A stretch of DNA of 62,111 bases, the filler included. It is 3 parts of 3 records of this genome, joined end to end, with 100 filler letters (N's around TTAATTAATTAA, not from the genome) between each part and the next. Parts side by side here need not be neighbours in the genome. Positions count along the whole stretch, not along the records: positions 19,314 to 39,516 come from SRR20825010_2868; positions 39,617 to 62,111 come from SRR20825010_2884; 1 more part is not named here. The stretch is one strand, 5' to 3'. Shown here piece after piece: positions 38,384-47,554 of the stretch. The translations under genes and the position numbers were made by a program. The notes beneath the pieces were generated by a model. That model was not told where the DNA came from. It saw only the letters and a program-made list of their open reading frames with translations, and did no database searches. The stretch's first letter is position 1; every line of letters begins with the position of its first letter.

Positions 38384-38797
38384 TCAGTTCGGCACGCGCC
38401 CGCTCATCAAATCCTCGACTGTTACCTTGTCCAGATAACCAAGAACCTGACGTCCGACTTCTTCCCAGAGAGGTTTCGTCGGATCATCCGAACATCCCCT
38501 GGCTGCGAACATGCCATCGTCATCCTGATTGCCCCGCACCGGGTGTTCAATCGCCGTCATGACATCGGAAATTTTGATTTGCGACGGTTCGATCGCAAGA
38601 AGATAACCACCGCCAGGTCCCCGGACACTCTTCACGAAGCGCGCCTTTCGGAGCTGAGCGAACATTTGCTCAAGGTATGAAACCGAGATTTTTTGCCTTG
38701 AGGCTATCTCTGCGAGAGAGACTGGCCGACCATCATCATGTCGGGCCAGGTCGCAGACAGCCATAACTGCATAGCGCCCTTTAGTACTGAACTTCAC
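38384..38797 (-). CDS. Rrf2/IscR-like regulator lacking most Fe-S ligands
   Basis: STKGRYAV, SYLEQ, SVRGPGGGY; one Cys in the ligand loop and TKPLW in place of THxLW. Confidence 0.88.
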   Translation of the reverse strand: MKFSTKGRYAVMAVCDLARHDDGRPVSLAEIASRQKISVSYLEQMFAQLRKARFVKSVRGPGGGYLLAIEPSQIKISDVMTAIEHPVRGNQDDDGMFAARGCSDDPTKPLWEEVGRQVLGYLDKVTVEDLMSGRVPN

Positions 38798-39155
38798 TTT
38801 ATTCGACCCCCGTGCCGATATGGTCACTGCTCACCGAGGCCCCAACAAACGGTGAACATTGCAGCAGAACGGAGGTCCCGTCCGTTCAGTTACGAAATAG
38901 CGGCCAATTTTCTATGGCCACAATGCGCATCGACCTATGCTTCCGTTACCGGGCAGCAATGCTACACTTGTATTTTACAGCCTGAGTAAGCTAAAGCCAG
39001 ACTCTTGCTGTTAGATTGAGATTACAGCGAATACGCAATAAATGTAAACCGGGATAGAGACGGATGACCCTGATATGCTCGTGATGTGCAGTCAGCAGTT
39101 ATCCGCCCGACCGGATCGGGTGAGCCGGAATACCGGCGGTTGAGGAACGGATCGT

Positions 39156-39516
39156 ATGCCTGAAGTCATTATGAATGGTCCCGAGGGGCGCCTTGAGGGA
39201 CGTTACGTCCACAGCAAGAAAGAAAATGCTCCCATCGCCCTGCTGTTGCATCCGCATCCGCAGCATGGCGGGACCATGAATAACAAAGTCGTCTACTCGA
39301 TGTTCCAGAACTTCGTGAACCGCGGATTCTCGACTTTGCGTTTCAATTTCCGCGGAGTCGGCCGGAGCCAGGGCGTGTTCGACCGGGGCGAGGGTGAGCT
39401 CAGCGATGCCGCCTCCGCACTGGACTGGCTGCAGACCTACAATCCGAACGCCCCCTATTGCTGGGTCGGCGGCTTTTCCTTCGGCGCCTGGATCGGCATG
39501 CAGCTTCTGATGCGCC
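39156..39516 (+). CDS. Alpha/beta hydrolase (3' truncated by gap)
   Basis: HPHPQHGGTMNNKV, RFNFRGVG, GFSFG nucleophile elbow. Confidence 0.9.
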
Positions 39517-39616
39517 NNNNNNNNNNNNNNNNNNNNNNNNNNNNNNNNNNNNNNNNNNNNTTAATTAATTAANNNNNNNNNNNNNNNNNNNNNNNNNNNN
39601 NNNNNNNNNNNNNNNN
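39517..39616. other. Artificial contig spacer
   Basis: Same 44 N + TTAATTAATTAA + 44 N layout as the first spacer. Confidence 0.97.
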
Positions 39617-41065
39617 ACCATGCAATATTCCACCCGCACGCTGATCGAAATGATCGCGGCAGGTACCGCCCCGGCGCCAAAGCCCGACGACGTCTATATT
39701 GTCAACGATCCCTATCTCGGCGGCACGCATCTGATGGATGTGCGGTTTGCCCGCCCGTTTTACCGGAATGGCGAAATTTTCTGCTGGTTGTCGAATACCG
39801 GACACTGGCCGGATACGGGCGGCGCGGTTCCTGGCGGCTTTTCTGCCTCGGCAACGGCCGTGGAGCAGGAGGGGTTACGACTGCCGCCGGTTCGGCTTTT
39901 CAAGGAAGGCGTCCTCGACCGGGAAATCTACGCCATCATTTGTTCGAACATTCGGGTCGCGGATCAGCGGATCGGTGACGTCAAGGCGCAGGCGGCCGCG
40001 CTCGCTGTGGGCGAGGAGAGACTGAACGCACTGCTGGATCGTTATGGCGATGATGTGGTGCGCGGTGCGATCGCCGAACTGCGTGTCCGGGCTGAAACTC
40101 AGATGCGCACCCTGATCGACGAAATCCCTGATGGAAATTACAGCGCGACGGCATGGGTCGATAGCGACGGTGTCGTCAATGAGCCACTGGCGATCAATCT
40201 CACGGTCGAAAAGACACCGGGACACTTGCGGTTCGATTTCTCGGATTCCAGTCCGCCTTGTCTTGGGCCGATGAATTCCGTCCTGGCGACCACGCTGTCT
40301 TCGGTCTATCTGGCCATGCGCCATATCTTTCCCGAAGTGCCGATCAGCGCCGGCGCTTTCGTGCCTCTCGAGGTGATCCGGCCCGAGGGCACATTTCTGG
40401 ACGCCCATTATCCGAGACCGGTTTCAGGATGTGCCGCCGAAGTAAGCCAGCGCATTGCGGAAGCCGTGTTCGCGGCCCTTGTTGAAGCCTTACCGCATCG
40501 GGTGACTGCGTCTCCGGCCGGTACCAGCGGTAACTTCGCGCTCGGCGGTCACGATCCGGAACAAGGCCGGGACTTCGTGATGTATCAGCTTTCCGGTGGC
40601 GGCTATGGTGGCAATGCCGATCACGACGGCCTGTCCAACGGCTGTTCGACCATCGGAATTTCAAAGGCACCGCCGGTCGAGATCATGGAGCAGAACTTCC
40701 CGGTGCTTTATCACCGCTATGCACTCCGCGAGGGATCAGGCGGGGCCGGACAACACCGTGGCGGCCTCGGTCTTGATTATGAAATCGAACTCCGGCGTGG
40801 TGAGGCCCGGGCAAGCTTTGTGATGGATCATGGACGTTTCGGCCCTCAAGGCGCGCTCGGCGGCGAGGATGGCGCGCCGAATGTGGTCGAGGTCTGGCGT
40901 GATGGCGTGAAATACATCCCGGAGCATCTTTCGAAAGAACAGGATATTCCGCTCAAGGCGGGTGACAGGGTTCGCGTGAAGACACCGGGCGGCGGCGGCT
41001 ATGGCCACGTTAAGGATCGGGATCCGGGGCTGGCCGACGAAGACCGGCGGCTTGGCCGGGGATAA
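39617..41065 (+). CDS. Hydantoinase B/5-oxoprolinase family protein (5' truncated)
   Basis: NDPYLGGTHL.D, GHW.D.GG, EGLRLPP, SGGAG.HRGG, TPGGGGYG. Confidence 0.92.
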   Translation, partial: TMQYSTRTLIEMIAAGTAPAPKPDDVYIVNDPYLGGTHLMDVRFARPFYRNGEIFCWLSNTGHWPDTGGAVPGGFSASATAVEQEGLRLPPVRLFKEGVLDREIYAIICSNIRVADQRIGDVKAQAAALAVGEERLNALLDRYGDDVVRGAIAELRVRAETQMRTLIDEIPDGNYSATAWVDSDGVVNEPLAINLTVEKTPGHLRFDFSDSSPPCLGPMNSVLATTLSSVYLAMRHIFPEVPISAGAFVPLEVIRPEGTFLDAHYPRPVSGCAAEVSQRIAEAVFAALVEALPHRVTASPAGTSGNFALGGHDPEQGRDFVMYQLSGGGYGGNADHDGLSNGCSTIGISKAPPVEIMEQNFPVLYHRYALREGSGGAGQHRGGLGLDYEIELRRGEARASFVMDHGRFGPQGALGGEDGAPNVVEVWRDGVKYIPEHLSKEQDIPLKAGDRVRVKTPGGGGYGHVKDRDPGLADEDRRLGRG

Positions 41066-41098
41066 GCGCCGTGCGTTGACAGGGAGTATATCACTGTA

Positions 41099-41126
41099 AT
41101 TTCCCATAATATACATTATGCGATAA
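41099..41126 (-). other. dif: XerC/XerD dif recombination site
   Basis: Minus strand TTATCGCATAA-TGTATA-TTATGGGAAAT versus E. coli dif GGTGCGCATAA-TGTATA-TTATGTTAAAT: 18 contiguous identities plus terminal AAAT; intergenic. Confidence 0.88.
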
Positions 41127-41406
41127 CTATATATAGGCAACACCTAGAAATTCGGTGACTGACGTCTACCCTGTTCAAGCGACTAAACACGCTGTGAGAT
41201 TGCTTTCTCTGCATCCCCTGATCCAACGAGCAAAACCCTTTATCTCCTTCTCATAATTTAAGAGAATGATTTCTTATACAGAGCTGTAATTAAATATTAT
41301 TTTGACCAACGGTGCATCAAGTGCGCAAGAAAGCCGCTTCAGGGCGTATGAGGTGCCATCTTCCCCGCAAGATCTTCGCACGTGAGCCGCTCCGAAGCCA
41401 AAACGC

Positions 41407-41440
41407 AAAAAAAGGCACCCCGCTATGAAACGGGGTGCCT
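41407..41440 (-). terminator. Intrinsic terminator after the PRC-barrel gene
   Basis: AAAAAAAGGCACCCCG-loop-CGGGGTGCCT. Confidence 0.85.
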
Positions 41441-41470
41441 CAGGTGGGCGGGACAAATTGGTGCGGGTAT

Positions 41471-41944
41471 CTAGCCCTTGTACTCGGGCAAATTCTTGAC
41501 CTGTTCTTCCGTCATCGGGACAACGGCAACGCCGGCTCGTACCAGGGCCAGTTCAGTGACGGGAATTGCGACTTTGGTTTTACCGAAGCCCAGAATGCCG
41601 CCGAATTCGACGATGGCGACCTTGGAGCCGTGCTGATCGACAACGTCGTCCACCTCGCCGGCAATCTTGTCATCCACCGAGACGACCTTGGCACCCTTCA
41701 GATCGCTTTTCTGGAGTGCAGGCTGCTGCTCCTGTCCCTGCCGCAATTCGGGGCTGGGGATCACTGGCTCAGACGCCTGGGGATCCTGGAGAAGGTTCGT
41801 GGGGCCTCCCGTGCTATCGGGCGGCGCTGCGGTTTGCGCATCGGCCCTCGTTGCAGCCATTCCCAGCATCACTGCCAATGCGGCCGCCAGGATGGCGGAT
41901 CGAGAGTAGATACTCATGTGATCATTGACTGTTCGAACCATCAT
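41471..41944 (-). CDS. Exported PRC-barrel domain protein
   Basis: Signal peptide; LKGAKV...GEVDDV...FGGILGFGKTKVAIP; AAGGAGG RBS. Confidence 0.88.
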   Translation of the reverse strand: MMVRTVNDHMSIYSRSAILAAALAVMLGMAATRADAQTAAPPDSTGGPTNLLQDPQASEPVIPSPELRQGQEQQPALQKSDLKGAKVVSVDDKIAGEVDDVVDQHGSKVAIVEFGGILGFGKTKVAIPVTELALVRAGVAVVPMTEEQVKNLPEYKG

Positions 41945-42083
41945 TTCCTCCTTCGATGGTTACGCGTTGCTCCGGTCAACGTGGCCGGAGATGAAACCCG
42001 GGGCCGGTTTGGCCGTTGCCCGCGGGGTATTCAGGCGCCAGCGGCACGGCCGGCCGCAGCAGCGCCGAAAATCAATGCCTGAA

Positions 42084-42626
42084 TCAGGCGATGGCGGGTG
42101 CCGATGCCGGCGCTTTTTTCGTGCTTTGGACCTCGCCAAGAGGCCAGCCGTCTTCAAGCCGGCGGCGCAGGTTCTCCCGTGCTCGATAAAGCCGTGACAT
42201 CACCGTGCCGACCGGCACCCCGAGACGGGTGGCCGCGTCGCTATAGGAAAGACCGTCAATCGCAATCAGCCGGATAATTTCGGTTTGCGGCGCGGGAAGG
42301 TTCGTCAGGGCCGTTTCAAGTTCATGCACGCGATGGTGATGAAACTGGTTCGGCAGAACAGAGAGATCGCTATGTGCATCGTCCAGCTCGACCGGGATGC
42401 CCTGCATTGCCCGCTTGGCATAGTGATCCGCGGCAACATTGCGCACCACCCGGGTAAGGTAGCCGCGCCAGTTCTGGACGTGCCGGCCGTCTTTCGCATA
42501 CGTGATCGCCCGCACGACGGCTTCCTGGGCGATGTCGTCGGCATCGGCGTGATTGGCGGTGAGCATGCGGGCGGTGCGGCGCAGAGAGTCGAAGTGATTC
42601 TGAACTTCAATCTTGGTGACGGTCAC
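42084..42626 (-). CDS. ECF RNA polymerase sigma factor
   Basis: LRRTARMLT..ADADDIAQE (region 2); GLSYSDAA..LGVPVGTVMSRL.RAR (region 4); GGGAG RBS before the GTG. Confidence 0.92.
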   Translation of the reverse strand: MTVTKIEVQNHFDSLRRTARMLTANHADADDIAQEAVVRAITYAKDGRHVQNWRGYLTRVVRNVAADHYAKRAMQGIPVELDDAHSDLSVLPNQFHHHRVHELETALTNLPAPQTEIIRLIAIDGLSYSDAATRLGVPVGTVMSRLYRARENLRRRLEDGWPLGEVQSTKKAPASAPAIA

Positions 42627-42776
42627 GGCTGTACTCCCAAATTTAAACCGAGCCGCTGCGAACAGGATCGATGCGCTCGCCGCGCCGGTTTATTGGAAGT
42701 GGTGGTGCTGTCATGGCTTGCCTGAGGCAAAGCTGTGTCAAGTTTGGTGCGGTGAGGTTCCGGATTATTGCGGCAT

Positions 42777-42803
42777 GGAATTTTCCTTTCTCCGCACCGT
42801 CTA
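42777..42803 (+). promoter_or_regulatory. ECF-type promoter upstream of the lipoprotein
   Basis: GGAATT-N16-GTCTA. Confidence 0.65.
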
Positions 42804-42856
42804 TCAGAGTAACTCCCGAGCCCTTGTGTAACGGCCAGCATACCAATCGAGTTTTT

Positions 42857-43495
42857 ATGTCCAGACTGCTGATTTCACTCGCCGCGGCCGGATTTCTTCT
42901 GCTGACGCTCTCCGCTTGTACGGAAACCCGCCGGAGTAATCCCGAGCGTACCGCCACCGAGCAACTGCTGCTTTCAACCGCCATGGACCGGGCTGCCGGG
43001 CAACTCGATATCTCTTTGCCGGCGGGAACCCGCATCTATATCGATGCCTCCCGCTTCAAGGGCTATGACGAGGATTACGCCATTGGGGTCATGCGGGACC
43101 GTTTCCTGGTCGCCGGACTGAACATCGCGCTGACGCGAGAGTTGGCGGATGTGATCGTCGAGATCCGCTCCGGTGCTCTGTCGACGTCGGGCAACCGCAC
43201 GCTGGTCGGGGTCCCCTCCTTCAGCATTCCCATCCCCCTCACCGGTGATCTGACGGTTCCAGAGCTGTCGCTGGTGGCCAAGGAGCGCAGACGGGGGATC
43301 GCCAAGGTCGCCTTCACTGCCTATTGGCGTCAGGACGGATCGCTTGCGAACCGGAACGAGCCGGTTGTCGGCATTTCCGGATACGATAATTGGGAAGTTC
43401 TTGGCCTGAACTGGTTGATCGGCGACGATTTTCTTGAGGATGCCGATATCCCTCCAGAGAAAAAAGCGGGAGCCGACGATGCGGCTCCCGAGTAA
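42857..43495 (+). CDS. Lipoprotein of unknown function (DUF6655-like)
   Basis: Lipobox LSAC; RTATEQLLLSTAMDRA motif. Confidence 0.75.
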   Translation: MSRLLISLAAAGFLLLTLSACTETRRSNPERTATEQLLLSTAMDRAAGQLDISLPAGTRIYIDASRFKGYDEDYAIGVMRDRFLVAGLNIALTRELADVIVEIRSGALSTSGNRTLVGVPSFSIPIPLTGDLTVPELSLVAKERRRGIAKVAFTAYWRQDGSLANRNEPVVGISGYDNWEVLGLNWLIGDDFLEDADIPPEKKAGADDAAPE

Positions 43496-43609
43496 GGAGC
43501 GGGACGTCAAGGTCCAGAAAAAAGGGGCACTCCGATCAAATAGACCAACTGGCAGTGGGATTATTCCCACGCTTGTATTTTTAGTGCCCCTATTCTCTTA
43601 AATCTGAGA

Positions 43610-45166
43610 CTACAGGTCGTCGTTTTCCCGCCACTGGTAAGACCAGGTTTCCGTGAGAGCCCCACCGTGGGAGCGCAGGAAGGCACGAAGATCGACACTT
43701 TCCTGACCGATCGGATCGAGATCGAATTCCATCCGCCAGGCACCGAGTTCCTCAAGGGGACGGGCGGCCGGTTTGATGATCTCCGCACCGACGGCGGTGA
43801 TCATGGGCTCGACCGGGCTATCGGATGAAAGCCTGTCCAGGTCTCCGCCCTTGAAGTCGATGACGAACTTCCGGATCTTTCCGTTCCGCTCCTGTCCGGG
43901 TATGCCGCCAAGGCCGGTCCGGGTTGCGATCGTCCGCCCCGGTCCGGGGAGCCTGTCAGGCATCACCGAACCCCAGTGCATACGGTAGGAGAAGCTCATC
44001 GGGTTATCGGGATCGGGAACCTGTTCCGGGCGCCAATAGGCCGCGAGATTGTCGACGGTCTCGTCATGCGCCGGGAGTTCAACCAGCTCGATCCGGCCTT
44101 TTCCCCAGTCCCCGCTCGGCTCGATCCAGAGGTTCGGGCGGCGATCGTAATAAACACCATCATCCAGATAATGATCGAAATTGCGATCCCGCTGCACCAG
44201 GCCGAAGCCGCTGGGTTGCGTATCCTGAAAGCTGTTCACGCGCGGCACGGAAGGGTTCTGCAGCGGTCGCCAGATCCACTCGCCGGCACCGGTGCGCATC
44301 ATCAGGCCGTCCGAGTCATGCACCTCCGGGCGAAAATCATCCCGCGACCGGTAATCGTTTTCGCCATAGAGATACATGGAAGTGATCGGGGCGATGCCGA
44401 TACCGTTAAGTGCCCGCCGGGGGTAAATCGTGGCCGCAACGTCGAATATCGTGTTGCCTCCCGGCTCGATGGTAAATTTATAGGCGCCTGTCGTGCTACC
44501 GCTGTCGAGCAAGGCGAGAACAGTCATGGCCGCATTTCCGGGTTTGGGACGCTCGAACCAGAAGGCGGTGAAATAGGGAAACTCCTCTTCGCCGAAGCGG
44601 CTGGTGTCGATGGCCAGCCCCCGGGCGGAAAGGCCGTATTGCATATCGCCGCCGACCGCCCGGAAATAGCTGGCGCCAAGGAAAGCGGCCATGTCCCGTT
44701 CGAAATCAAACCGGTCAAAGATACGGAATCCGGTATAGGCCAGCTGTGCCGCCTCTTCGGGGCTTGGCGAACCATCCGGATAATCGAACCGTGCCGGGTC
44801 GAAGGCCATGGCCTCGGTCCGGTCCGGCTTGATCTCGAACAAGTCCACCGCACGGGTGAAGAGCCAGCCGCCATGAAACGGCGCGATACGGAATGGCAGA
44901 TCCGTGTCGGACCAGAACTTGCCGCCCTTGGCCAGTCTCATGGCCATGTATTCGTCGTGGGACAGCTTAGCGAACCTTTCCGGCAATTTGCGCGGCGGCT
45001 CGAACGGAGCCGTGGACAGCGCCCGCGCCAGCACCAGCAGATCTTCATAGCCCCGCACCTCGCCATGGGCCGGCACTTTACCCTCGGCAATCGCCGGAGC
45101 ACCTATACCCAGGGCCGCCAGGGACGATGCTCCAAACACCATGACTTCTCTTCTATTGATCCGCAT
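43610..45166 (-). CDS. opgD: Periplasmic glucan biosynthesis protein OpgD/OpgG (Tat signal, OpgD-like)
   Basis: NRREVM twin-arginine leader, GGAGG RBS; FLGASYFRA, YGLSARGLAIDT, RPEVHDSDGL, FGLVQRDR, TETWSYQW. Confidence 0.85.
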   Translation of the reverse strand: MRINRREVMVFGASSLAALGIGAPAIAEGKVPAHGEVRGYEDLLVLARALSTAPFEPPRKLPERFAKLSHDEYMAMRLAKGGKFWSDTDLPFRIAPFHGGWLFTRAVDLFEIKPDRTEAMAFDPARFDYPDGSPSPEEAAQLAYTGFRIFDRFDFERDMAAFLGASYFRAVGGDMQYGLSARGLAIDTSRFGEEEFPYFTAFWFERPKPGNAAMTVLALLDSGSTTGAYKFTIEPGGNTIFDVAATIYPRRALNGIGIAPITSMYLYGENDYRSRDDFRPEVHDSDGLMMRTGAGEWIWRPLQNPSVPRVNSFQDTQPSGFGLVQRDRNFDHYLDDGVYYDRRPNLWIEPSGDWGKGRIELVELPAHDETVDNLAAYWRPEQVPDPDNPMSFSYRMHWGSVMPDRLPGPGRTIATRTGLGGIPGQERNGKIRKFVIDFKGGDLDRLSSDSPVEPMITAVGAEIIKPAARPLEELGAWRMEFDLDPIGQESVDLRAFLRSHGGALTETWSYQWRENDDL

Positions 45167-45210
45167 TTCGCCTCCGTAAGACGCTGATCTAATTATTTTG
45201 CTCCGTCGGG

Positions 45211-45238
45211 AAGACCGGACTTTCCCCGAAAATATTTC
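45211..45238 (-). promoter_or_regulatory. ECF-type promoter upstream of opgD
   Basis: GAAATA-N17-GTCTT on the minus strand. Confidence 0.55.
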
Positions 45239-45247
45239 ACCGCTCGG

Positions 45248-45275
45248 GGAATTTTGTTGTTCGGCATTCCGTCTA
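45248..45275 (+). promoter_or_regulatory. ECF-type promoter upstream of the small ORF
   Basis: GGAATT-N17-GTCTA; shares GGAATTTT...CCGTCTA with 42777-42803. Confidence 0.65.
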
Positions 45276-45349
45276 GAAGAGGAAACGCGTGGAAGGACCT
45301 GTCGGTTCCGGCCCGCAGTACAGCAACTCTTCGCCAAGGAATGAAACCC

Positions 45350-45583
45350 ATGCGCTATCCGACATCGTCCCATCCCGAGCCAAAACGGCAGATGACGAAT
45401 CCGTTGGACACAGCCGAAGACCGCGGCGGTGCACAACGCGCAATCCCGACGGAACTGCCGCCGCCCGCGCCCCTCGTGATGCCGGTACAGCATGTCCGTA
45501 CCGTGGGGGGGCTCTTGCAGCGGGCAGTCGAATTCCCGGTGCATTTGCTTGCTCTTCTCCGGATCAGACGCTCTCTGCACTGA
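45350..45583 (+). CDS. Small protein (77 aa; 63 aa if the start is 45392) with LPPPAPLVMPVQ motif
   Basis: AAGGA 9 nt before the ATG; own ECF-type promoter; motif resembles the N-terminal LPxxAPLxMPxQ of OpgH proteins. Confidence 0.6.
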   Translation: MRYPTSSHPEPKRQMTNPLDTAEDRGGAQRAIPTELPPPAPLVMPVQHVRTVGGLLQRAVEFPVHLLALLRIRRSLH

Positions 45584-45654
45584 AGTATTTTTCGCTAAAG
45601 ACGAACGGCGCCGGCCATATCTGACCGGCGCCGTTTTCTTTTGGCTATCTGCGC

Positions 45655-47496
45655 CTAACCTGCAGTATTCGCAACCGGGACGGCGTCCGGCGACTGGGGC
45701 ACACTGCGATCCACCAGCAAGGCGGGCAGCCGAACCTCCTCGGGTATCAGAAACAACCCGAATGCCCGCGAGATACGCCCCCAGGCGGGTTTGCTCCCCA
45801 GATACGAAACCGGAAGCGACAATAACAGCCCCGCCAGGATCGGCGACGCGGCGAGCATCGCCGTCGGGGTATAGAACGCCATCACGCAGGTTACCGCCGC
45901 GCCGAGCACGAAATGCAGTGCATGCACCCGGATGACGTTGCTGAAAGGCTCCCCGCTTCCGGCCCGGTCAACTGTCCGCCATCCGCTAGCCCGTCCGCCG
46001 AAAATCTCGAAAACGAACTGGCTGTGCAGCAACATCATGACCGGCGCGGTCAGGACACTGAGCGCCATCTCGAAAAGGGCGCTGAGGGTCAGTCGCAGGG
46101 CGCCACCATGCCCCCTCCTCAACTCGCCGTCGGACAAAGCCAGAAGCAGACCAAAAACTTTCGGGCCAAACAGCATGCAAAGGATCGCGCCGAACAGAAT
46201 TGCCGGATTCCGGTAGAAAGCCATGTCGGCGGGTAACGGGATTGACCCCCAGGGACCGATCCCCTGATTGCCCAACTGGGCGGCAACGAACAGCCCCGCA
46301 CTCAGAAGCAGGAATGCAAGCCAGATCGGCGAAGTGAGATAGGCGAGCGAACCCATCAGGAAATGCAGGCGTCCGCTCAGGCCGATCCCGTCGGCGACGA
46401 GCAATTGAAGATGCTGCAGGTTGCCCTGGCACCAGCGCCGGTCCCGGGTGGCGTGCGCGATCAGGCTTGGTGGCGGCTCCTCGTAGCTGCCAAGCCGCTC
46501 CGGAAGGATACGGACCGCCCAGTCCCGCCTGCGCAGGAAGGCCGCTTCAACGAAATCGTGGCTCATGATCTCGCCCCCCAGGGGAGCATTGCCCGGCAAG
46601 GCCGGCAGCCCGCAACATTCCGCGAAGGCCCGCACCCGGATCATGGCGTTATGCCCCCAATATGTCGCCGCGTTCCCCATGATCAGGGCAAAACCGGCAG
46701 CGACCTGCTGGCCGTAAAGGGAAGCCGCAAACTGCTGCAGGCGGCCGAACAGGGTTTGCGCCCGCACTGGCCGCGGCCAGGTCTGGATCAGGCCAAGCCC
46801 CGGATCAGCGTCCAGCTCGTCCGCCAGACGTGCCACCGTTGCACCATCCATGCGGCTGTCGGCATCCAGGACAAGCATGTAATCGTATGCCCCTCCCCAA
46901 TGCTCCACGAAGTCCTGAACGTTGCCTGCCTTTCTGCCGATATTGTTCTTGCGGCGGCGGTAGGAGATGCAAAACCGGTCCGCAAATTCATGGTAGAGCG
47001 TTTCGAACATCCGCTTCTCTTCCAGCGCGACTTCGTCCGACCGTGTATCGCTCAGGATGAAGAGATGGCAGCCGTGCAAACGAGGCTGTTCCGCAAGGGA
47101 ACGCAGCGTGCTGGAAATATGCCCCTCGACCGCCTGCGGATCCTCTTCATAGATAGGCAGAAGGATGGCGAGACGGTTTCCAACCATCTGTTCCGGGAGC
47201 GAGGTCCGCCGCCTGCGGCGAACGGCAACGGAAACCGCTCCGAAAGTCGCCAGCCAGAAATTGCAGGAGATCCAGCCCGTCAGCACTGCGAAGAGGCCGA
47301 TCAGCATTGGCCGGAAGAACCCGTACGGCCCGTTCGGACGATACGGCATAAGGTCCTCGAACAGCATCGTCAGAGCCGTGGTCGTCGTGACAACGATGGT
47401 GAGAAAGACGATACCCGTCATGATCGTCCCGGGGCGAAGGCGTGCGCGCCGGGGCGAGGCCTCATTCCGGTTCTGGTTCATGGAAATGTCCGTCAT
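45655..47496 (-). CDS. opgH: Glucans biosynthesis glucosyltransferase OpgH/MdoH (start revised to 47496)
   Basis: GRKAGN, VLDADS, YWGHNA, SHDFVEA, RDRRWCQGN; multiple TM segments. Confidence 0.95.
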   Translation of the reverse strand: MTDISMNQNRNEASPRRARLRPGTIMTGIVFLTIVVTTTTALTMLFEDLMPYRPNGPYGFFRPMLIGLFAVLTGWISCNFWLATFGAVSVAVRRRRRTSLPEQMVGNRLAILLPIYEEDPQAVEGHISSTLRSLAEQPRLHGCHLFILSDTRSDEVALEEKRMFETLYHEFADRFCISYRRRKNNIGRKAGNVQDFVEHWGGAYDYMLVLDADSRMDGATVARLADELDADPGLGLIQTWPRPVRAQTLFGRLQQFAASLYGQQVAAGFALIMGNAATYWGHNAMIRVRAFAECCGLPALPGNAPLGGEIMSHDFVEAAFLRRRDWAVRILPERLGSYEEPPPSLIAHATRDRRWCQGNLQHLQLLVADGIGLSGRLHFLMGSLAYLTSPIWLAFLLLSAGLFVAAQLGNQGIGPWGSIPLPADMAFYRNPAILFGAILCMLFGPKVFGLLLALSDGELRRGHGGALRLTLSALFEMALSVLTAPVMMLLHSQFVFEIFGGRASGWRTVDRAGSGEPFSNVIRVHALHFVLGAAVTCVMAFYTPTAMLAASPILAGLLLSLPVSYLGSKPAWGRISRAFGLFLIPEEVRLPALLVDRSVPQSPDAVPVANTAG

Positions 47497-47554
47497 GTTC
47501 CCTGTCCTGCTTAAGAAGCTCTCGCGTCCGTGCGCGATATCCTTGTTCAGAACA

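Noticed and set aside
36846-39155. TPP riboswitch upstream of tenA or an IscR box before the Rrf2 gene
   Set aside because: No convincing match to either consensus seen
42643-42714. 23-codon ORF upstream of the ECF sigma as a NepR-like anti-sigma
   Set aside because: Too short, no RBS and no NepR-like motif
45167-45580. 138-aa N-terminal extension of OpgD in the ORF track
   Set aside because: GGAGG RBS and Tat leader begin at 45166; the extension covers promoters and the opposite-strand small ORF
43976-47514. 403-aa and 383-aa plus-strand ORFs
   Set aside because: Antisense shadows of opgD and opgH
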